Below, piece by piece: positions 28,488-36,179 of a DNA stretch of 41,138 bases. A program made the translations under genes and the position numbers. Every line of letters begins with the position of its first letter. Positions within the stretch are counted from its first letter, which is position 1. A model generated the notes under the pieces. The model searched no databases and was not told where the DNA came from. It saw only the letters and a program-made list of their open reading frames with translations. The DNA comes from an uncultured Saprospiraceae bacterium (GTDB lineage Bacteria > Bacteroidota > Bacteroidia > Chitinophagales > Saprospiraceae): positions 1 through 41,138 of the forward strand of contig CALKJE010000072.1 of assembly GCA_937995675.1 (NCBI GenBank), written 5' to 3'.

Positions 28488-29009
28488 TTACCTTTTTTTC
28501 TTCTTTTTCTTATTTCGCTTTTGCCAAAATTTCCAATTGATTTTTTTCTTCTTTTTCTTAATAAGAATAAAACGGAGACTGATTCCAGTTTGATGATAAA
28601 TGCTATTGCGTCCACCAGACAAATTGATGGCTGGTTTATAATCCCAAGACAAAACCGTATTCTTCATCGCGAATTCTAATCCACCAATAAAAGTGACACC
28701 ATAAGGATTATCGAATCCTTCTCTATTATCAATCCAACCGATGTGGGGACCAACTCCTACATAATAATTGAATCGTCTCGAAAGAATTTTTCGATGATTT
28801 TCAAATAAAAGCGTCAAAGCAGATTCATTGGCTTTGGGATGAAAAGTCAAAATACCTTCGATCGTATTCTGGCCCCAAAGCACTTGCTGGACGGATAGTC
28901 CAAAGGGACTTCCGAGTCGTAATCCTGCAGCAGTTCGATAGCGTTGTGCCGACAGTGAAGTAGTCCAAAATAGACCAATCAAGAAAATGAAAATGATATT
29001 TTTATTCAT
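28488..29009 (-). CDS. small outer-membrane beta-barrel-like protein with a polylysine C-terminal tail
   Basis: Signal peptide MNKNIIFIFLIGLFWTTSLSAQ and alternating beta-strand patterns. A barrel-like terminal strand GISLRF is followed by ILIKKKKKKINWKFWQKRNKKKKKKR. Confidence 0.55.
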   Translation of the reverse strand: MNKNIIFIFLIGLFWTTSLSAQRYRTAAGLRLGSPFGLSVQQVLWGQNTIEGILTFHPKANESALTLLFENHRKILSRRFNYYVGVGPHIGWIDNREGFDNPYGVTFIGGLEFAMKNTVLSWDYKPAINLSGGRNSIYHQTGISLRFILIKKKKKKINWKFWQKRNKKKKKKR

Positions 29010-29200
29010 AAATTAAATTTCTAATCTAATTATCCAACGAAAGAAGATTCAGAAAATTACTAGGATCATAAAATAGTAGATTACTTCTACCTGTTTTTAA
29101 GAATTTGTCACAGAATTGTCAGCACCGTATTAAAATATTTTGTATCTTTAAGTAGATATAAGCACATTTTTTTTGAAACTAAAACTAAATTCCCTTCATC

Positions 29201-30616
29201 ATGAAAAGATTTTTCATTCTGGCAGTGGTATTTTCAACACTCGCCTTCACCATTAGTAGACCAACCGTCTCTAACTTTATTTTCACTACGGTCAATGACG
29301 TTCCGGACTTACCGGATACTCCTTATGACTATTCAGATATTACTTTTCCCGATCATCTGCTCAATGCTCAAGATGACACCATCGACCTTGGATACGAAGG
29401 TGGTGGTATTGATAGTTTATCTTTTGCAGATATTACTGACAACGGTGCTACCTTAGGACGTGTCTTATTTTACGATAAGAAGTTATCGTCTCTTGAGACC
29501 ATGTCTTGTGCCACCTGTCATAATCAAGCGATGTCTTTCGCAGAAAATAAAGCAGTAAGTGATGGACTAACCGCTCCGACATTAAGAAACTCTATGCACC
29601 TTAATGATATTGCCTGGACCAATAAAGAACATTTCTTTTGGGACATGAGTGAATCTGATTTAAGAACCATGATTCGTTTGCCCTTAACCGACGAAAACGA
29701 AATTGGAGCCGATATGGATGATGTTGCAGAAAAACTTGGAGCAACTAGTTATTATCCACAATTGTTTACAGAAGCTTTCGGTGATCCAGTTATTACGGAA
29801 GATCGAATTGCAGAGGCACTCGTACAGTTTATCTCTTCCATGACGACCTTCAATTCTCGATTTGATCAAGAGGCCGCTAATAATTTTGCTGGCTTTACTA
29901 CCCAAGAGCAATTAGGACTTGATCTCTTTTCTACCAACTGTAATAATTGTCACAGTCAAGGCGGACACAGTGTTTTTGGAGACATCTTTCCTGCTGATAT
30001 TCCTATTTTAGAAATCTTTCCTTTTATCTTCAACAATGGATTACCAGAGGATCCAGAAGATTCGGGTGCTGGTAATTGGGAACCTGGATTTAGCAATTTA
30101 TTCAAAATTCCTACTTTACGAAATATTGATCTAACGGCTCCATATATGCACGACGGTCGTTTTGAAACCCTGGAAGAGGTTGTTGACCACTATTCTGATG
30201 AAGTAGAAGAAAACGAATGGACCGCAGGATTTTTCCCTCCTGGAGGTTTTGATTTTACAGACTCGGAAAAAGAAGCGATGGTGGCGTTCTTGAAAACACT
30301 AACCGACGAATCTTTTTTAACCGAACCAAGATGGTCTGATCCTTTCGGACTTGAAACCGATATAGAAAATTTTTCCATTGAGAATCTCATCATTCGTCCT
30401 AATCCAACACGTGACGTCGCCGTTATCGAATATGATAATCCAACTAATGAATTGGTAACTTTCCATGTTTTCTCCGCTGACGGAAAGCTAGTACTGAACG
30501 AAAATACGCGTAGTGATCGTTACACACTTGACAAAGGTATCTTCCACCCTGGAACTTATTTTATTGAGGTGCTGATGGACGACAAAAAGAGTACTGCAAA
30601 GCTGATGGTCCAATAA
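29201..30616 (+). CDS. di-haem cytochrome c peroxidase (CCP/MauG family) with a T9SS-type C-terminal domain
   Basis: Two CxxCH motifs (CATCH at 29507-29521, CNNCH). PYMHDGRF Met-ligand region. C-terminal IIRPNPTRDVAVIEY...GTYFIEVLMDDKKSTAKLMVQ resembles a T9SS sorting domain. Confidence 0.8.
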   Translation: MKRFFILAVVFSTLAFTISRPTVSNFIFTTVNDVPDLPDTPYDYSDITFPDHLLNAQDDTIDLGYEGGGIDSLSFADITDNGATLGRVLFYDKKLSSLETMSCATCHNQAMSFAENKAVSDGLTAPTLRNSMHLNDIAWTNKEHFFWDMSESDLRTMIRLPLTDENEIGADMDDVAEKLGATSYYPQLFTEAFGDPVITEDRIAEALVQFISSMTTFNSRFDQEAANNFAGFTTQEQLGLDLFSTNCNNCHSQGGHSVFGDIFPADIPILEIFPFIFNNGLPEDPEDSGAGNWEPGFSNLFKIPTLRNIDLTAPYMHDGRFETLEEVVDHYSDEVEENEWTAGFFPPGGFDFTDSEKEAMVAFLKTLTDESFLTEPRWSDPFGLETDIENFSIENLIIRPNPTRDVAVIEYDNPTNELVTFHVFSADGKLVLNENTRSDRYTLDKGIFHPGTYFIEVLMDDKKSTAKLMVQ

Positions 30617-30627
30617 TATTAAATTAA

Positions 30628-30642
30628 GAAGTTGTTTAAAAA
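30628..30642 (+). repeat. solo copy of the MITE-like terminal motif
   Basis: gaagttgtttaaaaa is identical to the left terminus of the 6482..6644 element. Confidence 0.6.
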
Positions 30643-30650
30643 AATATTCA

Positions 30651-30690
30651 AATCCTCAAATGCGTAAACTGCGTATTTGGGGATTTTTCA
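30651..30690 (+). terminator. rho-independent terminator after the peroxidase gene
   Basis: aatcctcaaatgcg / cgtatttggggatt 14-bp stem (two G-U pairs) followed by T5. Confidence 0.75.
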
Positions 30691-30731
30691 TTTTTTAATA
30701 ATAAAACTTGCAAAGTATCGTTTTTAGCTTT

Positions 30732-30757
30732 AACTTTGATTTTCAAAGTACTTTATA
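30732..30757 (+). promoter_or_regulatory. palindrome-containing operator/promoter box, copy 1
   Basis: AACTTTGATTTTCAAAGTACTTTATA is 24/25 identical to 31826..31850 and contains the perfect palindrome AAAGTACTTT. It ends 28 nt before the 30786 ATG. Confidence 0.55.
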
Positions 30758-30785
30758 ATAAGCGAAATTTTCATTAACTGGCATT

Positions 30786-31433
30786 ATGGTCATGGATCAA
30801 CAAAAACATCATCTCGAGACACTAACAGAAATAAGGGCGCTCATGGAGCAATCCTCTCGCTTTATCTCCTTAAGTGGATTATCTGGCGTAGCTGCAGGTA
30901 TTTTTGCGCTTTTAGGAGCCGCTGCTGTTTATTGGTATTTGGGCATTACGCCGTTTTCTGGCCAGAAAGCTTATTACGTAACGGCTGAGACTATTAATCG
31001 TGGTGGAGTGCATTATCTTACGTTCTTTTTAGTAGATGCGGCGATTGTATTGGTACTGGCTTTAGCTAGCGGTATCTTTTTTACAACGCGTAAGGCTCGG
31101 AAGAAAGGACTAAAGATGTGGGATGCCTCTTCTAGACGATTGTTGATAAATATGGCGATTCCATTAGTTGCTGGTGGAATATTTTGCTTAGGTTTGCTCT
31201 ATCATGGTTTATTCGGAATGGTCGCACCTGCCACATTGGTTTTTTATGGTTTGGCCTGTTTAAATGCGAGTAAATATACTTTAAATGATATCCGGTATTT
31301 GGGTATTTTAGAAATTGTCCTTGGACTTAGCTCCTTATTCTTTTTAGGATATGGATTAGAATTTTGGGCATTTGGTTTTGGTGTTTTACATATTGTTTAC
31401 GGACTGATTATGTATTATAAATACGAGCAGTGA
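30786..31433 (+). CDS. multi-pass membrane protein, family unknown
   Basis: 215 aa with about six hydrophobic helices. GTGA-type overlap with the downstream regulator gene. Confidence 0.65.
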   Translation: MVMDQQKHHLETLTEIRALMEQSSRFISLSGLSGVAAGIFALLGAAAVYWYLGITPFSGQKAYYVTAETINRGGVHYLTFFLVDAAIVLVLALASGIFFTTRKARKKGLKMWDASSRRLLINMAIPLVAGGIFCLGLLYHGLFGMVAPATLVFYGLACLNASKYTLNDIRYLGILEIVLGLSSLFFLGYGLEFWAFGFGVLHIVYGLIMYYKYEQ

Positions 31434-31729
31434 AAAATATTTTTACAAAAATAAGAAAGGAATTTGATCATCGAACCCGGTTGGGAATCATGTCAATGCT
31501 GGTGGTAAATGAATGGGTAGAATTTACGACATTCAAAGAGATGTTGGCATTGCAAGATGGCACGCTTGCCAGTCATCTAAAAAAATTAGAAGCCAATGAT
31601 TTTATTAAAATAAAAAAAGAATTCATCGGGCGTAAACCCAAGACTTCTTATGCCGTCACTGAAGTTGGTAGAAAGGCTTTTACAGATCATTTAGATGCAC
31701 TTGAAGAAATTATCCGGCAGAGCAAATAA
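31430..31729 (+). CDS. small winged-helix transcriptional regulator
   Basis: 99 aa. RLGIMSMLVVNEWVEFTTFKEMLALQDGTLASHLKKLEANDFIKIKKEF.GRKPKTSYAVTEVGRKAF fits the wHTH (ArsR/PadR-like, HTH_34-type) pattern. GTG start overlaps the upstream stop. Confidence 0.7.
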   Translation: MKNIFTKIRKEFDHRTRLGIMSMLVVNEWVEFTTFKEMLALQDGTLASHLKKLEANDFIKIKKEFIGRKPKTSYAVTEVGRKAFTDHLDALEEIIRQSK

Positions 31730-31765
31730 TCTAGTTTCGATAAAAAACTGTAACGCTATTTTAAA

Positions 31766-31780
31766 GAAGCTGTTTAAAAA
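31766..31780 (+). repeat. solo copy of the MITE-like terminal motif (1 mismatch)
   Basis: gaagctgtttaaaaa. Confidence 0.5.
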
Positions 31781-31792
31781 TAAAAATTAAAC

Positions 31793-31818
31793 ATCAGAGA
31801 TTTCTGATCTCTTTTTTT
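31793..31818 (+). terminator. weak terminator after the regulator gene
   Basis: 6-bp stem (atcaga/tctgat or agagat/atctct) followed by T7. Confidence 0.4.
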
Positions 31819-31825
31819 GCTCATA

Positions 31826-31850
31826 AACTTTGTTTTTCAAAGTACTTTAT
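31826..31850 (+). promoter_or_regulatory. palindrome-containing operator/promoter box, copy 2
   Basis: AACTTTGTTTTTCAAAGTACTTTAT ends 21 nt before the 31872 ATG. Confidence 0.55.
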
Positions 31851-31871
31851 TAAAAAATAAAATTCTCTAAC

Positions 31872-32858
31872 ATGAATAAATCAGCTTTTAATTCCGTACG
31901 GCTCACCGCGGCTGAAAAACAGGAAGCAGCAGTAGCCACTGCGGCTTTTGAAGCGCAACTATCTCGACTACCAAAAGTAGGAGAAGTCGGTTTTTTTGGA
32001 CCGGACAGTATGACCTGGAAAATATACAGAGAGCCAACCATGTTGTTAGGAGGCATTAGTGCCTTATTGCTTCAAATTGCTCATCCAGCTATTGCAGAAG
32101 GCGTTCGAAAGTTTAGCAATTTTCATGAAGAATATTTATACCGAGCGCACCGGACCTTTAATGCAATGGCTGGGTTTTATTTTGGATCAGAAGAGCTCGC
32201 ACTCAAAACTGCTCGAAGATTATTTCAGATGCATGGGATGATTCGTGGGAACATTGGTAAAAAAATAGATGGTTGGTGGCAAGTAGAAAAGTTTTGTGCT
32301 CGTGATCCGGAGCTGCTGACGTGGGTGTTAGCGACACTTGTTGAAACCAGCTTGCGCATCACTGAATTGATCAATGGACCACTACCCCGTTCTGAAAAAG
32401 AGCAATTTTTCCAAGAGTCTAAAATCATTGCTACGCTCATGGGTATTCCTGCGGATCAGTATCCGGATGACTTAACTGCTTTTGAACGTTATTACCAAAT
32501 CATGTTAGAAAATAATACCCTTCAAGTCAATCCAACCAACATGCGATTATCAAAAATTATTTTGAATCCACCTTATGGAAGCAACCGAATTTTTCGAGCA
32601 ATGGCCGCGGTATTTTTACCTGAAAAATTTGCACAAGAATATCAATTACTTCCTTCTCCAACTGAAAAAAAATGGATTGATCGGTTCGTTAATTTTCTAC
32701 GATTCATTCTAAAATTCTTACCCAAGTTTATTCGGTTTGCACCACCCTATCATCAAGCCAACTGGCGACGTGCGAAAATTCGAAAAAAGTGGCATACTGG
32801 TTATTTCTATACCTTGATTACAAAGCATTTTAAATTTCCTTTTGGAATTAATACTTAA
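31872..32858 (+). CDS. DUF2236 / MpaB-like oxygenase family protein
   Basis: GPDSMTWKIYREPTMLLGGISALLLQIAHPAIAEGV is the characteristic N-terminal block of this family as I recall it. Confidence 0.6.
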   Translation: MNKSAFNSVRLTAAEKQEAAVATAAFEAQLSRLPKVGEVGFFGPDSMTWKIYREPTMLLGGISALLLQIAHPAIAEGVRKFSNFHEEYLYRAHRTFNAMAGFYFGSEELALKTARRLFQMHGMIRGNIGKKIDGWWQVEKFCARDPELLTWVLATLVETSLRITELINGPLPRSEKEQFFQESKIIATLMGIPADQYPDDLTAFERYYQIMLENNTLQVNPTNMRLSKIILNPPYGSNRIFRAMAAVFLPEKFAQEYQLLPSPTEKKWIDRFVNFLRFILKFLPKFIRFAPPYHQANWRRAKIRKKWHTGYFYTLITKHFKFPFGINT

Positions 32859-32868
32859 ATTTTAGATT

Positions 32869-33600
32869 ATGTCTTTACTAACAAAAATAAGAATCCTATT
32901 TTCCGAAGATCGGCAGTTTCGACAATTTATGTTGCTGTGCTTGTTTACCCTATTTAACTTTTGCCTAGTAGGTGTACGGTTATATTACGTAGACTTTAAC
33001 CTTGCTTCCATTCAATCTTCCGAAGATTTATTTATGCTACGAGGTACGACTACCTTTTTATTTCTAATCTGGAATTTATTTCTAGCCTGGATTCCGTACT
33101 GGTTGTCGCTAGCCGTAGCCCCCTTGTATGAACGTAAGAAGTCACTACTACTTACAGGTGGGTTGCTTTTTGTTTGGTTGCTTTTTTTACCTAACGCACC
33201 TTATATTCTCACCGATCTTTTACATTTGCGAATGCGTGCACCCATCCCTTTTTGGTATGATCTAATGCTGTTAATTTCCTTTGCTTGGACAGGTTTATTA
33301 TTAGGAATAATTTCTCTGTATGAAGTACATCGTTTCATTGCTAAACAGTGGTCTGGATTAGCTGGTTGGATGATTATCATTACCTCAATAGTTCTCAGTG
33401 GGTTAGGTGTGTATATTGGCCGTTTTTTAAGATGGAATTCTTGGGATATTATTACTCAACCATTTGCTCTATTAAAAGATCTTCTTCAAATTTTAATCGA
33501 ACCACAATCATTTTATGGAAGTGGAAGCATCGTGATTTTTGCAGCTTTCTTTTTACTTTCTTATCTCACTTTCTTTAGTTTTTCAAACGATAAATATTAG
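32869..33600 (+). CDS. integral membrane protein, DUF1361-like
   Basis: NLFLAWIPYWLS and FLPNAPYILTDLLHL motifs, with about six TM helices. Confidence 0.55.
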   Translation: MSLLTKIRILFSEDRQFRQFMLLCLFTLFNFCLVGVRLYYVDFNLASIQSSEDLFMLRGTTTFLFLIWNLFLAWIPYWLSLAVAPLYERKKSLLLTGGLLFVWLLFLPNAPYILTDLLHLRMRAPIPFWYDLMLLISFAWTGLLLGIISLYEVHRFIAKQWSGLAGWMIIITSIVLSGLGVYIGRFLRWNSWDIITQPFALLKDLLQILIEPQSFYGSGSIVIFAAFFLLSYLTFFSFSNDKY

Positions 33601-33603
33601 GCT

Positions 33604-34509
33604 ATGAATCTCTCTTTCCCTTCATTTGTCCATCCCAAAAATCGGGGTGGACTTTCTTCAACCGAAGCACCAATTGATATATATTTTAATCAGTTGATTA
33701 TTTACTGGTCTGAGCGTTTATTAGCTCCTAATTTACGTGGACGTCGCCTACATGAGCTGGTGATTTTTGGTATTAAACAAGCACGCGCAGCTAGCTTTGG
33801 TGGTAGTCTCTTAGCTTTAATAATATTGACAAGTTTTTTTGAATTTAGTACAATTGCTCGATATGACTTTTTATTTCTTGGTGCAATCTTTATTCAAGTG
33901 ATGTTATTAATTCTAAAAATAGAAACCTGGAAAGAAACTCAAGTTATCTTAGTTTTTCATATAGTAGCTACCTTGATGGAGTTGTTCAAAACGCACCCAT
34001 CTATTGGAAGTTGGCAATATCCTGAGGCTTGTTTTTTTAAGATTGGAAATGTGCCACTCTTTACTGGTTTTATGTATTCGGCGGTCGGTAGTTTTATTGC
34101 ACGCTCCTGGAAAATAATGAAATTGAGATATACCAATTATCCACCTTTTAAGGTGACTATATTTTTAGCAATTGCGGTTTACGTCAATTTTTTTACGCAT
34201 CATTTTATCTATGATTTCAGATATATATTATTTGGGTTAATCGGTTTGTTTTATTTTAGAACAGAAGTTTATTTTATTGTTTATCAAAAAGAAAGAAAAA
34301 TGCCGATGCTTTTGTCCTTTGTTTTAATTTCCTTTTTTCTATGGTTGGCTGAAAATGCTGGCACCTATGGCAACATGTGGCAGTATCCAGATCAGGTGGA
34401 AGTATGGCAGATGGTATCTTTCGGAAAGATGGGTGCTTGGTTTTTACTGATGATTGTCAGTTTTGTATTGGTTTCGTTAAATCAAAAGCATACACTTTTT
34501 ACTGATTAA
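33604..34509 (+). CDS. integral membrane protein, DUF817-like
   Basis: ELVIFGIKQARAASFGG, FHIVATLMELFKT..SIGSWQYPE and VPLFTGFMYSAVGSF blocks. Multi-pass. Starts 3 nt after the previous gene. Confidence 0.5.
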   Translation: MNLSFPSFVHPKNRGGLSSTEAPIDIYFNQLIIYWSERLLAPNLRGRRLHELVIFGIKQARAASFGGSLLALIILTSFFEFSTIARYDFLFLGAIFIQVMLLILKIETWKETQVILVFHIVATLMELFKTHPSIGSWQYPEACFFKIGNVPLFTGFMYSAVGSFIARSWKIMKLRYTNYPPFKVTIFLAIAVYVNFFTHHFIYDFRYILFGLIGLFYFRTEVYFIVYQKERKMPMLLSFVLISFFLWLAENAGTYGNMWQYPDQVEVWQMVSFGKMGAWFLLMIVSFVLVSLNQKHTLFTD

Positions 34510-34579
34510 TAGATTGATTAGTTAATGATATAAAAGTCTAAAATTTGATTATATTTATGGCAATAAATATAATCAGATT

Positions 34580-35827
34580 TTGGAAAACAATCTATTACTC
34601 GACGTTGAAACTTATGCTGTTAACTTCATTACCCGTAATGTTCCAAAAGATTATGCCTTTCACGATCTGCAACATACTATTATTGTTGTAGAGGCTGCCC
34701 ACAAAATTGGGAAGGCGATGAACCTTAATGAAGACGATCTGGAAATACTACAAATCGCCGCTTGGTTTCATGATATGGGCTATGATAAAGGAAAAGAAGG
34801 CCATGAAGAAAGAGGTTGTGAATATGCTGCAAACTTTTTGAAGCCTTTAAATTATCCAGCTGATAAATTAGAAAAGATCCAAAAATGTATCCGCGCGACC
34901 CACCTTAATCATACACCACAAACAGACTTAGAAAGAATCATCTGTGATGCAGACCTCAGTCATCTTGGTCGGAGAAACTATTGGGATCGTTGTCAACGTG
35001 TTAGACAAGAAATTGCTATTACACGAGATACGGTAATGACGGATGAAGAATGGGTAAGTTTCGAACTTGGCTTTATGCAGGCGCACTCTTTCAATACGCA
35101 AATTGCACAAGAATTATACGGTGCACGTAAAAATAAACATATCCAAAAACTTGAGCGTCGACAAAAAAAGTATACCAAACAATCAAATCCTGACACTCCG
35201 AATAATTTGCCAGTCCGCGCTAAAAAAAATAAAAAGAAAAAGAAACCTTCTTATGCAGATCTTGCGAGTAAGAATAATTCTGGCAATATCAACCTAAAAG
35301 AAATCAACCTAGGACGAGGAGTAGAGACGATGTATCGAACTACCTATCGAACGCATATTAACCTTAGTTCTATTGCAGATAATAAAGCGAATATCATGCT
35401 TAGTATCAATGCTATTATTGTCTCTATTACGCTTTCAACCCTTGTCCCTAAATTTGAGGACATTCCAAATTTAGTCATCCCAACGGTGGTCCTACTATTG
35501 GTTTGTTTAGTCGCTATTATCTTTGCCACCCTTTCTACCCGACCCAAAATTACGGAAGGTCGATTTACTCGAAAGAACATCGAAGAACGAAATGCTAATT
35601 TACTTTTCTTTGGTAATTTCTATAATATGAGTCTCGATGATTATCATTGGGGAATGTTGGAAATGATTAAGGATGAGGATTTCTTGTATAGTTCAATGAC
35701 TCGCGATCTTTATTATTTAGGAATCGTATTGGCAAAAAAGTATCGTTACCTAAGTTACTGCTACGCTGTATTTATGTATGGTTTAATTCTGGCGGTCATT
35801 ACTTTCGCGATTGTTTTTATTGCTTAG
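34580..35827 (+). CDS. HD-domain phosphohydrolase fused to a C-terminal two-helix membrane domain (DUF5706/PycTM-like)
   Basis: HD signature FHDLQHT...AAWFHDMGY...CDADLSHLG, then a K-rich linker (KKNKKKKKP). Next come GVETMYRTTYRTHINLSSIADNKANIML and two TM helices. TTG start: it is the first start-type codon after in-frame stops at 34523 and 34526. Confidence 0.7.
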   Translation: MENNLLLDVETYAVNFITRNVPKDYAFHDLQHTIIVVEAAHKIGKAMNLNEDDLEILQIAAWFHDMGYDKGKEGHEERGCEYAANFLKPLNYPADKLEKIQKCIRATHLNHTPQTDLERIICDADLSHLGRRNYWDRCQRVRQEIAITRDTVMTDEEWVSFELGFMQAHSFNTQIAQELYGARKNKHIQKLERRQKKYTKQSNPDTPNNLPVRAKKNKKKKKPSYADLASKNNSGNINLKEINLGRGVETMYRTTYRTHINLSSIADNKANIMLSINAIIVSITLSTLVPKFEDIPNLVIPTVVLLLVCLVAIIFATLSTRPKITEGRFTRKNIEERNANLLFFGNFYNMSLDDYHWGMLEMIKDEDFLYSSMTRDLYYLGIVLAKKYRYLSYCYAVFMYGLILAVITFAIVFIA

Positions 35828-35839
35828 ATTTTTCTTGGA

Positions 35840-35901
35840 TCAGGATTAATAATATCCTGAAAAGGGAAGTGTCCACATCGTAAGTAAACTTACGAGTGGA
35901 C
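35840..35901 (+). other. two adjacent hairpins downstream of the HD gene, no T-run
   Basis: tcaggat-taataat-atcctga (7 bp), then gtccac(a)tcgtaag-taaa-cttacgagtggac (13 bp with one bulge). Confidence 0.5.
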
Positions 35902-36179
35902 TTGCCCTATAGAAAATAACAACAAAACAGAAAGTTCTTTAAGTTTGTATATAAACTTGAATTAGATTAGAATCAGGTTGTTAGCACATAGACAAATACT
36001 ATATTTTTAATAGATTAGTGCTATCTTCACATAGATAGGGTAAATCAGAGAAAATACAAACTTTTTTTTTCGAGTAAGTTAATGCAATAAAATACCTGTA
36101 GGCACACTTAATTTCACAAGATACTAGCTATTCCCTTATGGTTCGGAAAAAAATCTCTTTAGAAAGTAAAGTATCTAAA

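Noticed and set aside
18953-35580. Remaining antisense or alternate-frame ORFs (for example 18953..19189, 20270..20506, 21303..21740, 23132..23554, 25819..28269, 29684..30393, 31850..32440, 33348..33578, 34928..35580)
   Set aside because: Each lies within a longer ORF that has recognisable domain motifs. None has an independent signal such as its own terminator, signal peptide or conserved motif.
34580-35827. A complete Pycsar defence system
   Set aside because: Only an effector-like TM domain is present, fused to an HD domain. No cyclase gene lies in the window, so I report it only as an orphan fusion.
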